DNA of 64,000 bases, from the NCBI GenBank assembly GCA_964016885.1, contig OZ024740.1:355446001-355510000 (forward strand), in the 5' to 3' direction. Below the pieces are notes generated by a model that worked only from the letters and a program-made list of their open reading frames with translations, made no database searches and had not been told where the DNA came from. The position numbers and the translations under genes are program-made. The first letter of the stretch is position 1. Each line of letters opens with the position of its first letter. This document shows positions 61,091 to 64,000 of this stretch, in pieces. The DNA comes from Eledone cirrhosa. Taxonomy: Eukaryota.

Positions 61091-64000
61091 TATGTGTGTA
61101 TGTATGTATGTTCTTCTGGTTTTATAATTTCACAAATTTTTTCCCAATAGAGAGAGAGTCGGTCTCTAACATAGACACAAGACTCTCTCATTGGAATTTA
61201 CACAACATCAACTAGGTAGATATGTATGTATGCATGTGTAGATATAGATGTTATTGTATGTGTGGATGTGGATGTTTTGAGTTGTATGTGTGCATGTGTA
61301 TATGCTTTGTATCTGTACATGTGTATATGCAGTTATTAGATGCAAAATTTTTGGAATGTTTTACATATTTTTACTGTTCCATTAATGGATTTTACTTGTA
61401 ATTTCCTAACTAATTGTGTTCTTTCTGTTCCTGTGAAGCCTAGCTTCTCAAGATTTGTATTGAGGCAGTTACTAACATATCCCAGTGCCCCAATAATCAC
61501 AGGCATAAATCTGAAGGTGTAATCAGGGTGGAGTATCTGCAGATTTCTCATCAGTTCTGCATAAATATTCTCCTTTTCGCTAATCTTTGGCATCTGCTGG
61601 GCTGCTAATTTCCACTACTGTGCATGCTTTCTTCTCCCTGTCACATATCATAATATTTGGTCTGTTATGCTTGCATTTTATTGGGGTTTTTACTGGAACA
61701 TTCCACCAGTACTCTTTCATATTATGTAAATGGATGTCTTCCACATTGCTGTAGCTTTTAATGTATTTATTATTGGGGTTATCTTTTTTACGGATTGCAT
61801 TGTACAGTGTTTTGGCCACTACATCATGCCTCATAGGTAGATAGTACCGCAATGACATCTTTGGACAGCTGCTGATGACATGGGTGATATCTTCGATGTT
61901 AGTTCTGCAGAGTCTGCATTGTTATCACATCTAGGTGTTTTGCCTGCATCCCTATCTCTTTTGTGAATCAGGTATTTTGTGTTAATTTCCTGTTCTTGGA
62001 TTGCAAAAGCGTATCCTTCAAAGTGGGAGCCAATATAGCGGTTGTTGGTCCAAGATAGACTACTTTCCTTATCTATATTACTCTCACTCTGGAGCTTCCT
62101 GGCAACATATCCATGCATGATTTTTTGCTGATAAGCATGCATTTTTTCATCCATGGATTCACTGCGATACTGCTGAGCGACTTCTCTGGGTGTGAGTTTT
62201 TGATTATCACTCAGGGAATATCTCTCGAGGAGTTCCTTCCCAACTCTCATGATCTTATCTGTTTCATGCAGATAGACTTGCTCGAGAAACGGGCTCCTAC
62301 GCTTCGAGGTTCGTAGATATTGTCGGAGGGATATAATGCAACATTCAAATGCTGTCTGGACTGATGTTAGGCTTCTGCCTCCCTGATTACGCTTCAAGTA
62401 AAGGCAGTTTATGTCACTGTTGATGTGGAAGTTTCCGGTGTTGTTTAGCATTTTTCGAGTTCCAACATCAACTGCTCGGATTTCGTCTATCGTCCAATTG
62501 AGTATTCCATACGTTGGTGTTAGGACAGGCACAGAAAACACTGTGTGAGTCACTGTTTTGTTTTGCGCAGAGAGTTCCAAATCTTTCTTAATCGGGTGTA
62601 GTATTCCCTGGTTACGCGTTCCTTATTACAGATACTATTATAGGATATGTTCTCATCTATACCCAGGCATCTGTAGCAGTCCTCATCAGATATCGGTGAA
62701 ACAGTTAGGCCATTGATGACAATGTTGCTAGATTGGGTTGTTATTTTTGCCCGCTTTACAGTCATTTATCTTGGCCAAACTCCATTCCTATATCCTTTGA
62801 AAACGTTGTAACCAGGTCAAGATTTTTCTTCATCCCATCCATGTTCTTGGCATAGAGTTTCAGATCATCCACAAAGAAATTATGGGTTAGGTTTGTATTG
62901 CTGTCCTCCTGTGAGCCAATGATGTATCCTTCACATTTCTTGAGCAGAAAGGACAAGGGGTTTAATGACAAGATGAACAATATCACAGAGATACTGTCTC
63001 CCTGAAATATACCCCTGCGATATTTTATTTTATCAGTGAATATAGAGACCTCCCTCTTTGTCTTTAACCTTAGGATAGTAGCCCAAGAAGAAGACAGCTT
63101 CTCTATGGCTCTGATAATAATGTCTGGGACTTTAGCAAGTTGGAGGGCCTCTATCATCCAAGAGTGGGGAACAGAATCGAAAGCTTTCCTGTAGCCCAGC
63201 CAGACTGTAGCCATATTCCTCCTAAGTTGTCGCACCTCCGACATCGCAGTTATGTTGATTAGGAGTTGTTCAGCACATCCCCAAACCCCTTTCTTTCCAG
63301 CTGCTTGTTCATCTGTGATGAAGATATTATTTTCACAGTGATCTTGGAGGAATAGGTTCAGGCAGGCTGTATACATCTTATACATCAGGTTCTGGCATGC
63401 AATGGGTCGGTAGTTTTTTGCCAAGTGGCTGTCTTTGTTCTAGGGGACAAGTAATGTTTGTGCTAATGTCAACCATTCTGGTATAAGTGTATCTCCCTAA
63501 GAACTTGTTGGTAGAGGTAAGATATCTCTGATAGAATATTAGTTTTTTGTACCAGTAGCTGACAATCATGTCTCTTCCTGGTTTTTCTTATCTTGGAGTT
63601 TTCCTATCAGAGTCTCAAGGGTACCCTCACTTATTTCGTATGTTTTTGTTGTAGTGTAGAAGCAATAGTTCTTTCGGATTTCTTTTAGCCACACTGTATC
63701 TTGGTTGAAATTCTTCTTTTCACCCCATATTTTGCTCTAAAAGGAATCTATGTCTTTCTGGGATGGGGCCTCAGTGACACTTATTATTTTGCCCTTCATA
63801 TCTCTATAGACTGATGTTTGGTTTCGTCTGAATCTTTTATTAAGCATTTTTCTCTCATCTACCTTCTTCAGGTATCAGTGTTTTTCGCTAACAGCTCTCA
63901 ATTCTTGTTTGAGGGTGATCAGCTTATATTGAAGAGTTCTGGTTCTACTGTTACCAAACATCGTCTCTATTTTATTTTTCACTCTTTGTTGGTGAGGAGT
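61091..64000 (-). mobile_element. R4/Dong-clade non-LTR retrotransposon (RT, zinc knuckle, restriction-like endonuclease); frameshifted; continues beyond the window
   Basis: NYRPIACQNLMYK, YRKAFDSVPHSW, RRGIFQGDSIS, FFVDDLKLY, LYLKRNQGGR, AIQEQEINT, RHDVVAK, HNRPNI, VIIGALG. Confidence 0.92.

Overview
AT-rich, repeat-dense eukaryotic (animal) DNA. The SINE, RTE and microsatellite repertoire suggests a cephalopod such as Octopus (inference). No complete host gene is visible; there is one candidate start-codon exon on the minus strand (6768-6952). The first 29 kb is a transposon mosaic: a near-complete Penelope-like element of Naiad type with RT, GIY-YIG endonuclease, pseudo-LTRs, three hammerhead ribozymes and a 258-bp inverted repeat; several RTE LINEs; a CRE-type fragment; a mariner remnant; non-autonomous Helitrons; hAT- and piggyBac-like MITEs; tRNA-derived SINEs; and a tRNA look-alike. 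Positions 28999-58389 are a very homogeneous 51-bp satellite (~576 monomers) with nested higher-order repeats. Its monomer aligns without gaps to the B-box/core segment of the local SINE family, and its right flank resumes SINE sequence. Its main polymorphic sites lie at symmetric positions of internal palindromes. The giant ORFs over the array are artefacts of a stop-free 51-bp unit. The last 5 kb holds two R4/Dong-type retrotransposons abutting (TATG)n microsatellites.
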